DNA of 64,000 nt from Longimicrobiales bacterium. Its GTDB lineage: Bacteria; Gemmatimonadota; Gemmatimonadetes; Longimicrobiales; Gaopeijiaceae. The notes beneath the pieces were generated by a model. The model ran no database searches, had not been told where the DNA came from, and saw only the letters and a program-made list of their open reading frames with translations. Positions 21,446 through 32,309 of the stretch are shown here, one piece after another. The translations under genes were made by a program, and so were the position numbers. The number at the start of each line of letters is the position of its first letter. Positions within the stretch are counted from its first letter, which is position 1. Where the stretch lies: NCBI GenBank assembly GCA_965203485.1, contig OZ241892.1, forward strand, positions 1,504,001 through 1,568,000, read 5' to 3'.

Positions 21446-23323
21446 CTACCACGCGATGCCGTGGTCCTCGCCGTGGTTGCTCGACCCGCCCCACATGGTT
21501 CCCGCCGCCCAGTCGAAGTATATGGCGTTGATCGGGCCGGACGTGCGCTCCGAGAAGACGAGGTCGTAGCCCATGTCGCGCAACTCGGACCGCACCCAGG
21601 CGGGAACCGCCTCGTTGAGCAGCAACCGGCCGGGGCGCGCCTCGTGGGACCCGAAGGAACTCCGCATCTGGTAGCTGTTGAAGTTGGCCGCCTCCGCCGC
21701 GTCCTGCACGCTCATCCCGAACTCGACCACGTTGAGGAAGAACTGGAGCAGGTTCTGGTCCTGCGCGTCGCCGCCCTGCACCGCGAACGAAAGGAACGGG
21801 CGCCCGTCCTTGAGCGCCAGCGACGGCGTGAGCGTCGCCCGCGGACGCTTCCCCGGTTCGAGCACGTTGTAGGGACCGGCGCGCTCGTCGAGCACGAAGC
21901 TCTGCATGCGCTGGCTCATGCCGATGCCGGTGCGGCCGGCGACGACTGCCGGTATCCAAGCGCCCGAGGGCGTCGCGGAGACGACCCAGCCGTCGGCGTC
22001 GGCCGCCTGGATCGACGTGGTGCCTGCGTGGAAATCCCGTTCGAAGGCGGCGTCGGAAGCGGGCGCGGAGGACTCGGGCGTGGCCGTCGGCGCGGAGCCC
22101 CAGGTCTCCAGCAGGTGAAGGAACGGGTTGGGGCCTCCTTCCTGGAACGGGTACGGGTCGCCCGGGGACGCCAGCGAATCGTTGGCCTCCCAGTCGATCT
22201 CGGCCGCCCGCGCCTTGGCGTAGTCCTTGGAAAGCAAGCCTGCGATCGGTTCTTCCGGGGGGAAGTACGGGTCGCCGTAGTAGAAGTCGCGGTCGGCGAA
22301 CGCCAGGTTCATGGCCTGATAGAGGGCGTGGACATAGCGCGCCGAGTTGTATCCCATCGCGCCCACGTCCAGGCTCTCGACGATGTTGAGGGCTTGCAAG
22401 AGGACCGGGCCCTGCACCCACGTCGTGAGCTTGTAGACGTCGATGCCCTTGTAGGACGTGGAGACGGGCTCCTCGACGTGCACCTGCCAATTGGCCAGGT
22501 CCTTGAGCGTGTGCAGGCCGCCCTGCTCCTGCGATCCCCTCACGAACTCCTCGGCGACGTCGCCCGCGTAGAAGCGTTCGTACGCGGCGTAGATCGCGTC
22601 CTCGCGCGACGCCCCGGCCGCCAGCGCCTCGGCCTCCGCCTCCACCAGCTTCTCAAGGGTCCGCGCCAAGTCCGCCTGCACGAAGAGCTCGCCTGCCGAC
22701 GGCCCCTGCCGTTCGCTCCCGGCGTTGGGCAGGAACACTTCCTTCGAATACGGCCAGCCGGTCAAGCGCTCGGCTTCGCGTTCGATCGCCGCCGCCGCCT
22801 GCGCCTCGATCGGATAGCCGCGTGCCATGTCGATCGACGGCCCCAGCACGTCGGCAAGCGCAAGGCGGCCGTATTCCGCGACCATCACCATCAGGCCGCC
22901 GGGAGTGCCCGGGGTGACCGCCGCGAGGGGTCCGTGCGCAGGCGGAACGTCCATGCCGCGCTCCCGGAAGAAGGCGGGCGTGGCGCCGGCGGGTGCGACG
23001 CCCAGCGCGTTGATCCCCACGACCTTCCCCGTCTCCGGGTTGAACACGAGCGCCTGGGTCTCGCCGCCCCATCCGAGCACGTCCCACATCGTTGCGGTGG
23101 CCCCGAGCATGGCGGCGGCCGCGTCCACCGCGTTGCCTCCCTTGAGAAACATCATCGCCCCGGCCGTCGCGCCCAGCGGCTTGCCCGTGATGGCGATCCA
23201 GTCCTTGGCGTGCAACGCCGGCTTCTGGGTCCGCTGTGCGTTCGCGTGGCCGGACGACAAAGCGACTGCGGCCGCAACGGCCGAGAGGAAGGCGATGGTT
23301 CGGGACGGGCGACGAGTCGTCAC
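21446..23323 (-). CDS. ggt: Gamma-glutamyltransferase family protein (secreted)
   Basis: GGNAVDAA, VTPGTPGG, LAFADRD, GTTSI (nucleophile Thr), PGKRPRATLTP; signal peptide ending ANA-Q; GTG start inferred. Confidence 0.88.
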   Translation of the reverse strand: MTTRRPSRTIAFLSAVAAAVALSSGHANAQRTQKPALHAKDWIAITGKPLGATAGAMMFLKGGNAVDAAAAMLGATATMWDVLGWGGETQALVFNPETGKVVGINALGVAPAGATPAFFRERGMDVPPAHGPLAAVTPGTPGGLMVMVAEYGRLALADVLGPSIDMARGYPIEAQAAAAIEREAERLTGWPYSKEVFLPNAGSERQGPSAGELFVQADLARTLEKLVEAEAEALAAGASREDAIYAAYERFYAGDVAEEFVRGSQEQGGLHTLKDLANWQVHVEEPVSTSYKGIDVYKLTTWVQGPVLLQALNIVESLDVGAMGYNSARYVHALYQAMNLAFADRDFYYGDPYFPPEEPIAGLLSKDYAKARAAEIDWEANDSLASPGDPYPFQEGGPNPFLHLLETWGSAPTATPESSAPASDAAFERDFHAGTTSIQAADADGWVVSATPSGAWIPAVVAGRTGIGMSQRMQSFVLDERAGPYNVLEPGKRPRATLTPSLALKDGRPFLSFAVQGGDAQDQNLLQFFLNVVEFGMSVQDAAEAANFNSYQMRSSFGSHEARPGRLLLNEAVPAWVRSELRDMGYDLVFSERTSGPINAIYFDWAAGTMWGGSSNHGEDHGIAW

Positions 23324-23426
23324 GGGGGAACTCCTGGGGCGTCGGCGGCTGGGCTCGCAAGTTAGGTTACTCGCCCCGCGCGGCGGGGGCCCGCGCGCAG
23401 GGCGGACACTCGGGCTAAGGGCGAGC

Positions 23427-25841
23427 ATGGACTTCATCAGAGCCAAGATTTCGCGCGATGTCGAGACCGGCAAGTACGGAGGCCAAGTCACGACGCGCTT
23501 TCCGCCCGAGCCGAACGGCTTTCCGCACATCGGCCACGCCAAGTCCATCTGCCTGAACTTCGGGATCGCGGCGGAGCACTCCGGCGGCCGGTGTCACCTG
23601 CGGATGGACGACACCAACCCGGACACCGAGAAGGCCGAGTACGCCGAGGCCATGAAGCGGGACATTCGTTGGCTCGGCTTCGACTGGGGAGAACGCCTTC
23701 ACCACGCGTCGGACTACTTCGAGGACCTGTACGCCTTCGCGCTCGTGCTGGTGGACAAGGGTCTGGCCTACGTGGACGACTCCGGCGAAACCGCGATTCG
23801 GGAGCGGCGCGGCACTGTGACGCGTCCGGGCGCAGACAGCCCGTGGCGCGAGCGGTCGGCCGCCGAGAATCGCGATCTCTTCGAACGCATGAGGACCGGC
23901 GAGTTCCCGGACGGGAGCCGGGTGCTGCGGGCCAAGATCGACATGGCCCATCCCAACATGGTCATGCGCGACCCGGTGCTCTACAGGATTCGCCACGCCC
24001 GCCACTACCGGCGCGGCGACGACTGGCCGATCTACCCGATGTACGACTTCGCGCATTGCTTGTCCGACTCCCTGGAGGGCGTCACGCATTCGCTGTGCAC
24101 CCTGGAGTTCGAGAACAACCGGGAGATCTACGACTGGCTTCTCGAGCACGTGGACGCGCCCCGCCCCCGGCCCGAACAGACGGAGTTCGCGCCGCTGGCG
24201 CTCGAGTACGTCGTGACGAGCAAGCGGCGGCTCCGTCCGCTCGTCGAGAGCGGCGTGGTCGGCGGCTGGGACGACCCACGGATGTTCACGCTGGCCGGCC
24301 TGCGGCGGCGGGGCGTGACGCCGGAAGCGATTCGCAAGCTCTGCGCCATGGTGGGGGTCTCCAGGGCTCGGTCGGTCGTGGACCTGGGGAAGTTCGAGTT
24401 TGCCGTGCGCGACGACCTCGACCGTCGCGCGCCGCGGGCCTTCTGCGTGCTGGAGCCCTTGAGGGTCGTGCTCGTCAACTATCCGGAAGAACGCGAGGAG
24501 CTGTTCCCCGCCCCGCTCTTCCCGGGCGCTCCGGACCCTGGTCCGCCCGACGCCCGCATGCTGCCCCTGAGCCGGGTCCTCTACATCGACCGCGAAGACT
24601 TCCACGAGACCCCGCCGCCGGGATTTCGGAGGCTCACGCCGGGCGGCCGCGTCCGGCTCAAGTACGCGGGCGTGATCCGGTGCCAGGAAGTCGCGAGGGA
24701 TCCCCGGACGGGGGGCGTCGCCGAGCTGCGCTGTCTGTGGGAGCCGGCCGGAGGCGGGGACGCCGCGAGAACCGGCCCTCCGCCCCGTGCCGCCGTGCAC
24801 TGGCTCTCGGCCCGCCATGCCGTCGGGGCGGAGGTGCGCCTCTACGACCGCTTGTTCCTCGTGCGCGACCCGTCCGCCGAGGAGGACTTGGAAGCCGTCG
24901 TGAATCCTTGCTCGGAGCGGATCGTCGCGGGCGCGTTGGTCGAACCCGGCTTGGCCGGCGCCCGTCCCCGCTCGCGCCATCAGTTCGAGCGCCACGGCTA
25001 TTTCGTGGTGGACAGCGCGGACTCGAGCGAAGAGAAACTGGTCTTCAACCGGACGGTGACGCTGAGGGACTCGTGGAAGGCCCGGACAGCCGCCGCGGAC
25101 AGGCGGAGCGCTAGCCGCGGGCGGACCGGCGACGACGAGCAGTCGAAGGAGGGCGGCGGGACGGCGCGGGACGGCGCCTTGATGTCGCAGAGCGGGCTGG
25201 GGCCGCGGGCCCGCGCGCCGGCGGAAAAGACGGCGGGGGCCGGCCGCGGCGCCGCGGCCGGCGAAGCATTGAGGGACGAAGGCGCGCGACGACGCTTTCG
25301 AGAGCTGCTGGCCCTAGGAGCCAACGAAGCCACTGCCGTGGTCGTCGCGAGTTCGCCGGTGCTGGAGAACGTCCTTCGGGCGGCACTGGCCTTCTACCCG
25401 GAGGGCGGCAAGTCTCTTGCCGCGTGGACGGCCAATGAAGTGGCGCGGTCGCTCTCGCGGGCCGACGCGCAACGAGCGGCCGGCCTGAACCCCGCCGCGC
25501 TTGCGGCGCTCGCGCGAGCAGTGGACGCCGGCGACCTCTCTCATCGCCGGGGCCGCGCGGTCCTGGAGGCGCTCGTCCGGACCGGGACGTCGTTCGAGGA
25601 GGCGCGCCAAAGCCTCCAGTTGACCGAGACCGACGATCCCGAAGCGATCGAGCCGGTCGCGCGCGCGCTCGTGGCGGAGCACCCCGCCAAGGCCGCCGCC
25701 TACAAGAAGGGGCGGCGGGGACTGCTGGGCTTCTTCGTCGGCCAAGCGCTGCGGCGAACCGGCGGCCGTGCAGATCCGCGGGCCGTCAGTTCCCTGCTCC
25801 GCAACATTCTCGAGGAAGACGCCGGGTCCGAAGAGCCCTGA
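23427..25841 (+). CDS. glnS: Glutamine--tRNA ligase with C-terminal GatB/YqeY-like domain
   Basis: TRFPPEPNGFPHIGHAKSICLNFG, HSLCTLEF, VTSKR, FNRTVTLRD; C-terminus YKKGRRGLLGFFVGQ...TGGRADP. Confidence 0.95.
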   Translation: MDFIRAKISRDVETGKYGGQVTTRFPPEPNGFPHIGHAKSICLNFGIAAEHSGGRCHLRMDDTNPDTEKAEYAEAMKRDIRWLGFDWGERLHHASDYFEDLYAFALVLVDKGLAYVDDSGETAIRERRGTVTRPGADSPWRERSAAENRDLFERMRTGEFPDGSRVLRAKIDMAHPNMVMRDPVLYRIRHARHYRRGDDWPIYPMYDFAHCLSDSLEGVTHSLCTLEFENNREIYDWLLEHVDAPRPRPEQTEFAPLALEYVVTSKRRLRPLVESGVVGGWDDPRMFTLAGLRRRGVTPEAIRKLCAMVGVSRARSVVDLGKFEFAVRDDLDRRAPRAFCVLEPLRVVLVNYPEEREELFPAPLFPGAPDPGPPDARMLPLSRVLYIDREDFHETPPPGFRRLTPGGRVRLKYAGVIRCQEVARDPRTGGVAELRCLWEPAGGGDAARTGPPPRAAVHWLSARHAVGAEVRLYDRLFLVRDPSAEEDLEAVVNPCSERIVAGALVEPGLAGARPRSRHQFERHGYFVVDSADSSEEKLVFNRTVTLRDSWKARTAAADRRSASRGRTGDDEQSKEGGGTARDGALMSQSGLGPRARAPAEKTAGAGRGAAAGEALRDEGARRRFRELLALGANEATAVVVASSPVLENVLRAALAFYPEGGKSLAAWTANEVARSLSRADAQRAAGLNPAALAALARAVDAGDLSHRRGRAVLEALVRTGTSFEEARQSLQLTETDDPEAIEPVARALVAEHPAKAAAYKKGRRGLLGFFVGQALRRTGGRADPRAVSSLLRNILEEDAGSEEP

Positions 25842-25904
25842 GCCGGGCGGGGTCTGCAACGGGCCGGGCGAAGCTGGTTCCGAGCCAACGCCTCGACCGG
25901 GTCG

Positions 25905-27698
25905 CTAGCCGCCTCCCGCAACCCTGTCGAATCCTGCCGCAACCCCGTCGGAGTCTCGCGGGTCGGGAACGCCCACGAGCTGGCCGGTATCGGCGTCCAC
26001 GAAGATGCAGTGGGCAATTCCCTGCCCAGCCCGCCAGGAGACTTCGTGGCCCATGGCCGCCAATGCGGCGGCGGCCTCGTCCGTCATGAGCCCCTCCTCG
26101 AGGACCGCCGCGTCGGGCAACCACTGGTGGTGCATCCGCCGGGACGAGACGGCCTCGGCGGGCGCCTGCTGGAAGTCCACCGTGTTCAGCACGAGCTGCA
26201 GGACGGTGTTGATGATGGTGCGTCCGCCGGGCGAGCCCAGCACTGCGACGAGCCGCCCGTCGCGCGCGAGGATCGTGGGCGTCATCGACGAAAGCATGCG
26301 TTGCTCGGGGCGGGCCAGATTGGCGTCGGTCCCGATCAGTCCGCGCTCGGTCGTGAGTCCGGGACGGGCGTTGAAGTCGCCCATTTCGTTGTTGAGCAGG
26401 AAACCCGCGCCCGGCACGGTGATGAACGAGCCGTAGCTGCCCTCCAGCGTGTAGGTGACCGCCACCGCCATGCCGTCGGCGTCGACGACCGAGTAGTGCG
26501 TCGTCTCGGAGGTCTCGCGCGCCATCGCGGCGGCGGCCGCGTCGACGTCCTCCGTCCTGGACGGCGTGGCGGCGGCCGCGTCGATTCCGGCCCGCAACTC
26601 CTCGGCGTACGCCTTGCTCGTCAGCCGCGCCACCGGAATGTCCGCGAAGTCCGGGTCGGCCAGAAACGCGGCGCGGTCCCTGAACGCGCGGCGCATGACC
26701 TCGGCCAGGTGGTGCGCGTAGGCCGGCGTGTTGTGTCCCAGCGCGGCCAGGTCGTACCCCTCGAGAATGTTCAGCATCTCGACGATCGCCGTGCCGCCGG
26801 ACGACGGCGGCGGCATGCTGACGACGTCGTACCCGCGGTAGCTTCCTCGCACGGGCTCGCGCTGCTTGGCCTCGTACCGGGCCAAGTCTTCCTGGGTAAT
26901 CCATCCGCCGCCGCTGACCATCTCGGCTTCCAGCAGCTGGGCCGTGACGCCGGCGTAGAAGCCGCCGCGTCCATGGTCGCGGATGCGCTCCAGCGTGCTC
27001 GCCAAGTCGGCTTGGACGAGCGTGTCGCCGGGCTGGTATGGCTCGCCTCCTCGCGAGAACTGCGCCAGGGTGGCCGGATAGTCCTCAAACGCGGGCAGCA
27101 TGCGCTCGAGCGAGGCCGCCAGGCGCGGGCTGATCTCGAAGCCGTTCCTCGCGAGCCGAACCGCAGGCTCCACCAAATCGAGCCACTCCGCCGAGCCGTG
27201 CCGTTCGTGCGCCAAGACGAAGCCCGCGACGGTGCCGGGGACGCCCACCGCCAGATGGCTGCGGTGATGCAGTGCGCTGGAGTACTGGCCGTCCTCGCCG
27301 ACGAACATCTCCGGGTGGGCCCTCAGCGGAGCCTTCTCGCGAAAGTCGAACGCGGTGGCCTCGCCGTCGGGAAAGCGGACGACCATGAAGCCGCCCCCGC
27401 CGATGTTGCCCGCGGCCGGATGGGTCACAGCGAGCGCGAAGCCCACCGCCACGGCCGCGTCCACCGCGTTTCCGCCCTTGCGGAGCACGTCGGCGCCGAT
27501 CTCGCTCGCATCGGGAAACGCGCTCGCCACCATGCCGCCGCTGGCGGTCACGACGCCCCGCGACGCCTGGATCTCCGGGAGGCCGGCGTCCTGCGCTTCG
27601 CGCGCGCAGGACGGGACGAGAACGGCTCCGGCGGCAAACGCGCCGAGGAGTCGCAACGGCGCGCGGCCCCGCGGGCACGCAGATCGGACGACGGTCAT
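25905..27698 (-). CDS. ggt: Gamma-glutamyltransferase (probable lipoprotein)
   Basis: GGNAVDAAVA...GNIGGGGF, DFRE.AP, ETTHYSVVD, LNNEMGDF, RMLSSMTPT, GSPGG; LVPSC lipobox-like. Confidence 0.93.
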   Translation of the reverse strand: MTVVRSACPRGRAPLRLLGAFAAGAVLVPSCAREAQDAGLPEIQASRGVVTASGGMVASAFPDASEIGADVLRKGGNAVDAAVAVGFALAVTHPAAGNIGGGGFMVVRFPDGEATAFDFREKAPLRAHPEMFVGEDGQYSSALHHRSHLAVGVPGTVAGFVLAHERHGSAEWLDLVEPAVRLARNGFEISPRLAASLERMLPAFEDYPATLAQFSRGGEPYQPGDTLVQADLASTLERIRDHGRGGFYAGVTAQLLEAEMVSGGGWITQEDLARYEAKQREPVRGSYRGYDVVSMPPPSSGGTAIVEMLNILEGYDLAALGHNTPAYAHHLAEVMRRAFRDRAAFLADPDFADIPVARLTSKAYAEELRAGIDAAAATPSRTEDVDAAAAAMARETSETTHYSVVDADGMAVAVTYTLEGSYGSFITVPGAGFLLNNEMGDFNARPGLTTERGLIGTDANLARPEQRMLSSMTPTILARDGRLVAVLGSPGGRTIINTVLQLVLNTVDFQQAPAEAVSSRRMHHQWLPDAAVLEEGLMTDEAAAALAAMGHEVSWRAGQGIAHCIFVDADTGQLVGVPDPRDSDGVAAGFDRVAGGG

Positions 27699-27715
27699 TG
27701 GCTTGTGCCTCCCCC

Positions 27716-30700
27716 CTAGGAAGGTTCGGTGTGGACTTCGGCTCCTCCGCGCAACGACGCCGGAGCCCCCAAGGTCGCAGGACCGGGCACCGGCGCCCCA
27801 GGGACCGCCGGCTCGGGCTGCGCGGCCGCCAAGCGCGCGCGGCTCCGCCTGAAGAGATTCACGAGGTCGTGCACCAGGCTGTACATGACCGGCACCAAGA
27901 CGAGCGTGAGAAACGTAGCGAAGATTATTCCGACGATCACGGCCACCGCCATCGGCGCCCACCATGCGGCTTGCTCGCCGCCCCAATAGATCTCCGGCGA
28001 CAGGCTGGAGAAGAAGCCGAAGAAGTTGACGTTCAAGCCGATCGCCAGCGGAACGAGGCCGAGGGCGGTCGTCAAGGCCGTCAGCAGCACGGGACGGAGC
28101 CGCGTCTTGCCGCCCCGCATGAGCGCGTCGGTCACGTTCAGGCCGTCGCGGCGGCGCAAGACGTCGATGTAGTCGATCAGCACGATGGCGTTGTTGACGA
28201 CGATCCCGGCCAGCGAGATGATGCCCACGCCGGTCATGATGATGACGAAGGGCATGCTGAACAGCATCAGCCCGATGAGGACGCCGATCGTCGACAGGAT
28301 CACCGACGACAGAATGATGACCGGCTTCACGACGGAGTTGAACTGCGACACCAGGATGAGGGCGATCAACATGAGCGCCGCCATGAAGGCCGTCAGCAGG
28401 AAGTCCTGAGCCTCCTGCTGCTCTTCCTGCTCGCCGGTAAAACGCAAGCTGTAACCCACCGGAAGAGATCCCGAAAAGTCCGACAGGGCCTCCTCCACCG
28501 AAGCGCGCACGATGTTGCTGTTGTGCCCCGACGCGACCTCGGCGCTGATGGTCGCCACGCGATCCATGTCCTTGCGCCGAATTGATCCGTACCCCTCGCC
28601 CACGGCCCAGCGCGCCACCGACGTGAGAGGAATCTGCTCGCCCTCCGAGAACACCGCCAAGCCGGCCAACGCAGTCAACTCTCTCCGGTCTTCCTCGCGC
28701 AACCGCACGACGATGTCGTACTCGTCGTTGCCGGTCCGGTACTTCGCGGCTTCGATCCCGTTGACGGCCGCCCGCACCGCGAAGCCCACTTCGTTCGTCG
28801 AAACGCCGTGCAGGCTGGCCGCCTCGCGGTCCACTTCGACCTGCAACTCCGGGCGGGCGTCGTTCATGTCGCTCTCGAGTCCGACCAGGCGCGGATAGGC
28901 GGGCGAGCGCTCGACGATCCCGATCGCCTCGTCGGCCAAGCCCTTCAGAAGCTCCGGATCCTCGCCCACGATCTCGATGTTGACCGGAGGTCCGCTCGCC
29001 GGCCCCTCCTCGACCTTGTCGACGCGCACCTCGGCCCCCGCCAGGTCCCTGCCGATCCGCGACTGCATCTCGGCGAGCGTGGCGAACGCGTCGAAGCTGC
29101 GCGCTCGGTAGTCGACCATGCTCAGGGTGATCCGCCCGGCCTCCGGCCCGGCGGGCCCGGCGCCCGACATCGGGTTGAAGCCGCCGCCGGAGCCCACCGT
29201 CGCGACAATCGACTCGGCGTCCGCCACGCCGGCCACGCCGGCCAGCTCTCCCTGAAGGCGCGTTGCGTATTCGTTGGTCACGGCGGCCGTAGTGCCCACC
29301 GGGGCCTCGATGTCCACGATCAAGGCGCTCGGGGGCACGTCTTCGGGAAAGTACTCGACGGGCGGGGCGACCGCCCCGTAGACGGTGATCGTCACCACCA
29401 GCGTGGCGGCAGAGCCCGCAAGCACCACGAAGCGGTGCCCAAGCGACCATCGCAGGAGCCGCTCGTACCATCCGACGAAGCGAGGGAATCCGCGCGTCAT
29501 GAAGATCTTGCTGGCGTTCTCCAAGACGCGGGCATGGACGAGCCACAGCGCCGCGCCCGCGCCGAGCAGCAACGCCGCAGTCAGCGGATTGACGATCGCG
29601 ATCAAGAGCAGCACGGCGCCTGCCGCCGCCACCGTGAGCCACCTCGCCCCCCCCCGCGCGGGCCGGGGACGCCCTCCCTCCGCGCGGAGGAAGATCGAGC
29701 ACAGCGTGGGCACGATGACGAGCGCCACGAAGAGCGAGCTGGACAAGGTGACGATCAGCGTCAGCGGCAGGAACTTCATGAACTCGCCCGCCATGCCCGG
29801 CCAGAACATCAGGGGAGCGAACGCGGCGAGCGTCGTGGCCGTCGCCGCCACGACGGGCCCGGCGACTTCGCCGGTGGCCTTCTTGGATGCGGCCTTGCGG
29901 TCCCAGCCTTCCTCCACGAACCGGTAGATGTTCTCGACGATGACGATCGCGTTGTCCACAAGCATTCCGAGCGCCAGGATCAGCGAGAACAGCACGACCA
30001 TGTTCATCGACACGCCGAGCAACCGCAGCGCCACGAACGACACGAACATCGAGGTCGGAATGGAGATCGCTACGAAGATCGACGTGCGGAGCCCGAGCAC
30101 GAAGAACAGCACGGCGACGATCAGAAGAAGGCCCGAGACGATGTTGTTCTGCAGGCTCGACACCATCTCGCCGATGTCCTGGGACATGTCCGACGTGATC
30201 TGGACCGACGTCGATGCAGGCATGAGCGGGCGCATGTCCTCGATGGCGGCCCTCACCGCAGTCGCCGTCTCGATGATGTTCTCGCCCGACCGCTTGATCA
30301 CATCCAGCGTCACGACCGGTTCGTCGCCCAAGCGGGCGTAGCTGTCGCGCTCGGCGAACCCGAACCGCACGTCCGCCACGTCCCGGACGTACACGGGACG
30401 GCCGCCCGGCGAGGCGACCACCAAGTCGCGGATCACCAACGGCTCCTCGAACTCGCCGTCCACCCGCACCAGGTACTTGACGCCTCCGACGTCGATTGGC
30501 CCGCCGGGCACGTTCACGTTCTCCGCGCGGATAGCGTCCAGCACGTCGTTGAACGACAGGTTGTAGTGCTTCAGCTTCGCTAGGTCCACGTCGACCTGCA
30601 CCTCGCGCTCGAGCCCGCCTCGCAACTCGGCCCTGAGCACAGCCGGAATCGACTCGATGCGCTCCTGCAGGTCCTCGCCGATCTCCTTCAGCCTGACCAG

Positions 30701-31201
30701 CCCGAAGCCGCCCGCCACGTTGACCTGCATGATCGGCGCTTCGTCGAAGGAGATCTCGAACACCGAGGGCTCCTCGGCGTCGGGCGGGAGTTCCGGGCGC
30801 GCCAGGTCCACCTTCTCGCGCACCTCCTGCAACGCCTCCTCCATGCTGATCGTCGCCTCGAACTCCGCGATCACCGAGGAATAGCCTTCGACCGACGTCG
30901 AGGTCAGCTCCTTGACGTCCGCGATGCCGTTCAGCTCTTCCTCGATCTTGCGGGTGACGAGGCTCTCCACGTCTCCGGGCGCAACGCCGGGATACATGGT
31001 GTTGACGACGATCATGGGAATCTCGATCTCCGGGAACGACTCCTTCGGAATCGCCCGGTACGACAGCAGGCCCGCGATCGTCAGGAACACGAAGAGGACG
31101 ATCACCGACGTGGAGTGGTCGACCGCCAGCGAGGTGAGCCGGAATTCCTTGTAGGACCGCTTCTCGCCGCCTTGCGACGGATCGCCCGGCACGCCGCTCA
31201 C
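27716..31201 (-). CDS. RND efflux permease (AcrB/AcrD/AcrF family)
   Basis: PKESFPEI, GMLVDNAIVIVENIYR, GIVVNNAIVLID, RLRPVLLTALTT. Confidence 0.95.
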   Translation of the reverse strand: MSGVPGDPSQGGEKRSYKEFRLTSLAVDHSTSVIVLFVFLTIAGLLSYRAIPKESFPEIEIPMIVVNTMYPGVAPGDVESLVTRKIEEELNGIADVKELTSTSVEGYSSVIAEFEATISMEEALQEVREKVDLARPELPPDAEEPSVFEISFDEAPIMQVNVAGGFGLVRLKEIGEDLQERIESIPAVLRAELRGGLEREVQVDVDLAKLKHYNLSFNDVLDAIRAENVNVPGGPIDVGGVKYLVRVDGEFEEPLVIRDLVVASPGGRPVYVRDVADVRFGFAERDSYARLGDEPVVTLDVIKRSGENIIETATAVRAAIEDMRPLMPASTSVQITSDMSQDIGEMVSSLQNNIVSGLLLIVAVLFFVLGLRTSIFVAISIPTSMFVSFVALRLLGVSMNMVVLFSLILALGMLVDNAIVIVENIYRFVEEGWDRKAASKKATGEVAGPVVAATATTLAAFAPLMFWPGMAGEFMKFLPLTLIVTLSSSLFVALVIVPTLCSIFLRAEGGRPRPARGGARWLTVAAAGAVLLLIAIVNPLTAALLLGAGAALWLVHARVLENASKIFMTRGFPRFVGWYERLLRWSLGHRFVVLAGSAATLVVTITVYGAVAPPVEYFPEDVPPSALIVDIEAPVGTTAAVTNEYATRLQGELAGVAGVADAESIVATVGSGGGFNPMSGAGPAGPEAGRITLSMVDYRARSFDAFATLAEMQSRIGRDLAGAEVRVDKVEEGPASGPPVNIEIVGEDPELLKGLADEAIGIVERSPAYPRLVGLESDMNDARPELQVEVDREAASLHGVSTNEVGFAVRAAVNGIEAAKYRTGNDEYDIVVRLREEDRRELTALAGLAVFSEGEQIPLTSVARWAVGEGYGSIRRKDMDRVATISAEVASGHNSNIVRASVEEALSDFSGSLPVGYSLRFTGEQEEQQEAQDFLLTAFMAALMLIALILVSQFNSVVKPVIILSSVILSTIGVLIGLMLFSMPFVIIMTGVGIISLAGIVVNNAIVLIDYIDVLRRRDGLNVTDALMRGGKTRLRPVLLTALTTALGLVPLAIGLNVNFFGFFSSLSPEIYWGGEQAAWWAPMAVAVIVGIIFATFLTLVLVPVMYSLVHDLVNLFRRSRARLAAAQPEPAVPGAPVPGPATLGAPASLRGGAEVHTEPS

Positions 31202-31205
31202 CGCC

Positions 31206-32309
31206 CTACTGCCGGGCGGCCGGGCGCACGGCGCCGCCCACCACGCGCACCCTGTCGCCGGCCGTGAGTCCGTGCTGGCCCACCACGACCAGCAGGTCGC
31301 CCGCGTTCAAGCCCTCGCCCACGACCGCCTCGTTGCCCTGATTGTCGACGACGTCGATCCGGCTTGCCCGCGCCCGTGCCTGCTCGCCTTCGCCGTCGAC
31401 CACGAAGGCCACGTAGCCGTAGTCCATGGACACGAGGGCTTCCTGCGGCACGACGAGGGCGTCCTCGACGCGCTCCTGAACGATCGTGACCGAGGCCAGC
31501 ATCGCCGGCTTGATGCGCCGGCCGGGGTTGGGGATCGCCAGCTCCACGGGGAACGTTCGGCTCTCGGGATCGACCGCGGCGCCCGCGTGGCGGACGACGG
31601 TGCGAACCGGATCGGCATCCAGCACGTCGAAGGACACGGCGGCGACCGCGCCCGCAGCCACGTCGAGCGCGAAGCGTTCGGGCACGCCTGCGGTCACCTT
31701 CACCGAGTCCACGCGGACGATCCTGGCCACGGGCAGGCCCGGCGCGACCATCGTCCCGACCTCCACCATGCGGTCTTCGAGCACCCCGTCGATGGGAGCC
31801 GTCACGGTCGCGCGCTCCAGACGCGCCTGCAGAGCTTCCAAGACGCCCTGCGCGCGCTCGGCGGCCGCTGCGGCCTCGAGGTAGCTGGCCTCCGATCCGA
31901 TGCCGTCCTCCTCGTACAGCCTCCTTCGGCGCTGCCACATCTCCCGGGCGAACTCGGCGTCGGCCGCGGCGCTGCGCAGCTGGGCCCGGAGAACCGCGTC
32001 GTCCAGTTGCAGGATCGGCTCGCCGGTTCGCACGAGCGTTCCCTTGTCGCGCAGAACATGCCGCACCACGCCGGTCTCCTCGGCGGACACGGTCACGTCC
32101 TGCAACGCCTGCACGACGCCGACGAGGCGAATCGTCAAGTCCAGCGATCTCGGCTCGACTCGGATCGCCTCCACGTTCACGACCCGCTCGAACGCCGGCG
32201 CGTCTTCGTCGGGCGGCACTTCGGCGCCGCCCGCGCATCCGGCCGCTCCGGCGCACGCTGCAAGCGCCAGCCCCGCGCGGTTCCTTCCGTTCTTCCTTCC
32301 CGGCCTCAT
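31206..32309 (-). CDS. RND periplasmic adaptor (MFP)
   Basis: Lipoyl-like VSAEETGVV / VTAPIDGV halves, coiled hairpin, AVDPESRTFPV, VVPQEAL. Confidence 0.92.
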   Translation of the reverse strand: MRPGRKNGRNRAGLALAACAGAAGCAGGAEVPPDEDAPAFERVVNVEAIRVEPRSLDLTIRLVGVVQALQDVTVSAEETGVVRHVLRDKGTLVRTGEPILQLDDAVLRAQLRSAAADAEFAREMWQRRRRLYEEDGIGSEASYLEAAAAAERAQGVLEALQARLERATVTAPIDGVLEDRMVEVGTMVAPGLPVARIVRVDSVKVTAGVPERFALDVAAGAVAAVSFDVLDADPVRTVVRHAGAAVDPESRTFPVELAIPNPGRRIKPAMLASVTIVQERVEDALVVPQEALVSMDYGYVAFVVDGEGEQARARASRIDVVDNQGNEAVVGEGLNAGDLLVVVGQHGLTAGDRVRVVGGAVRPAARQ

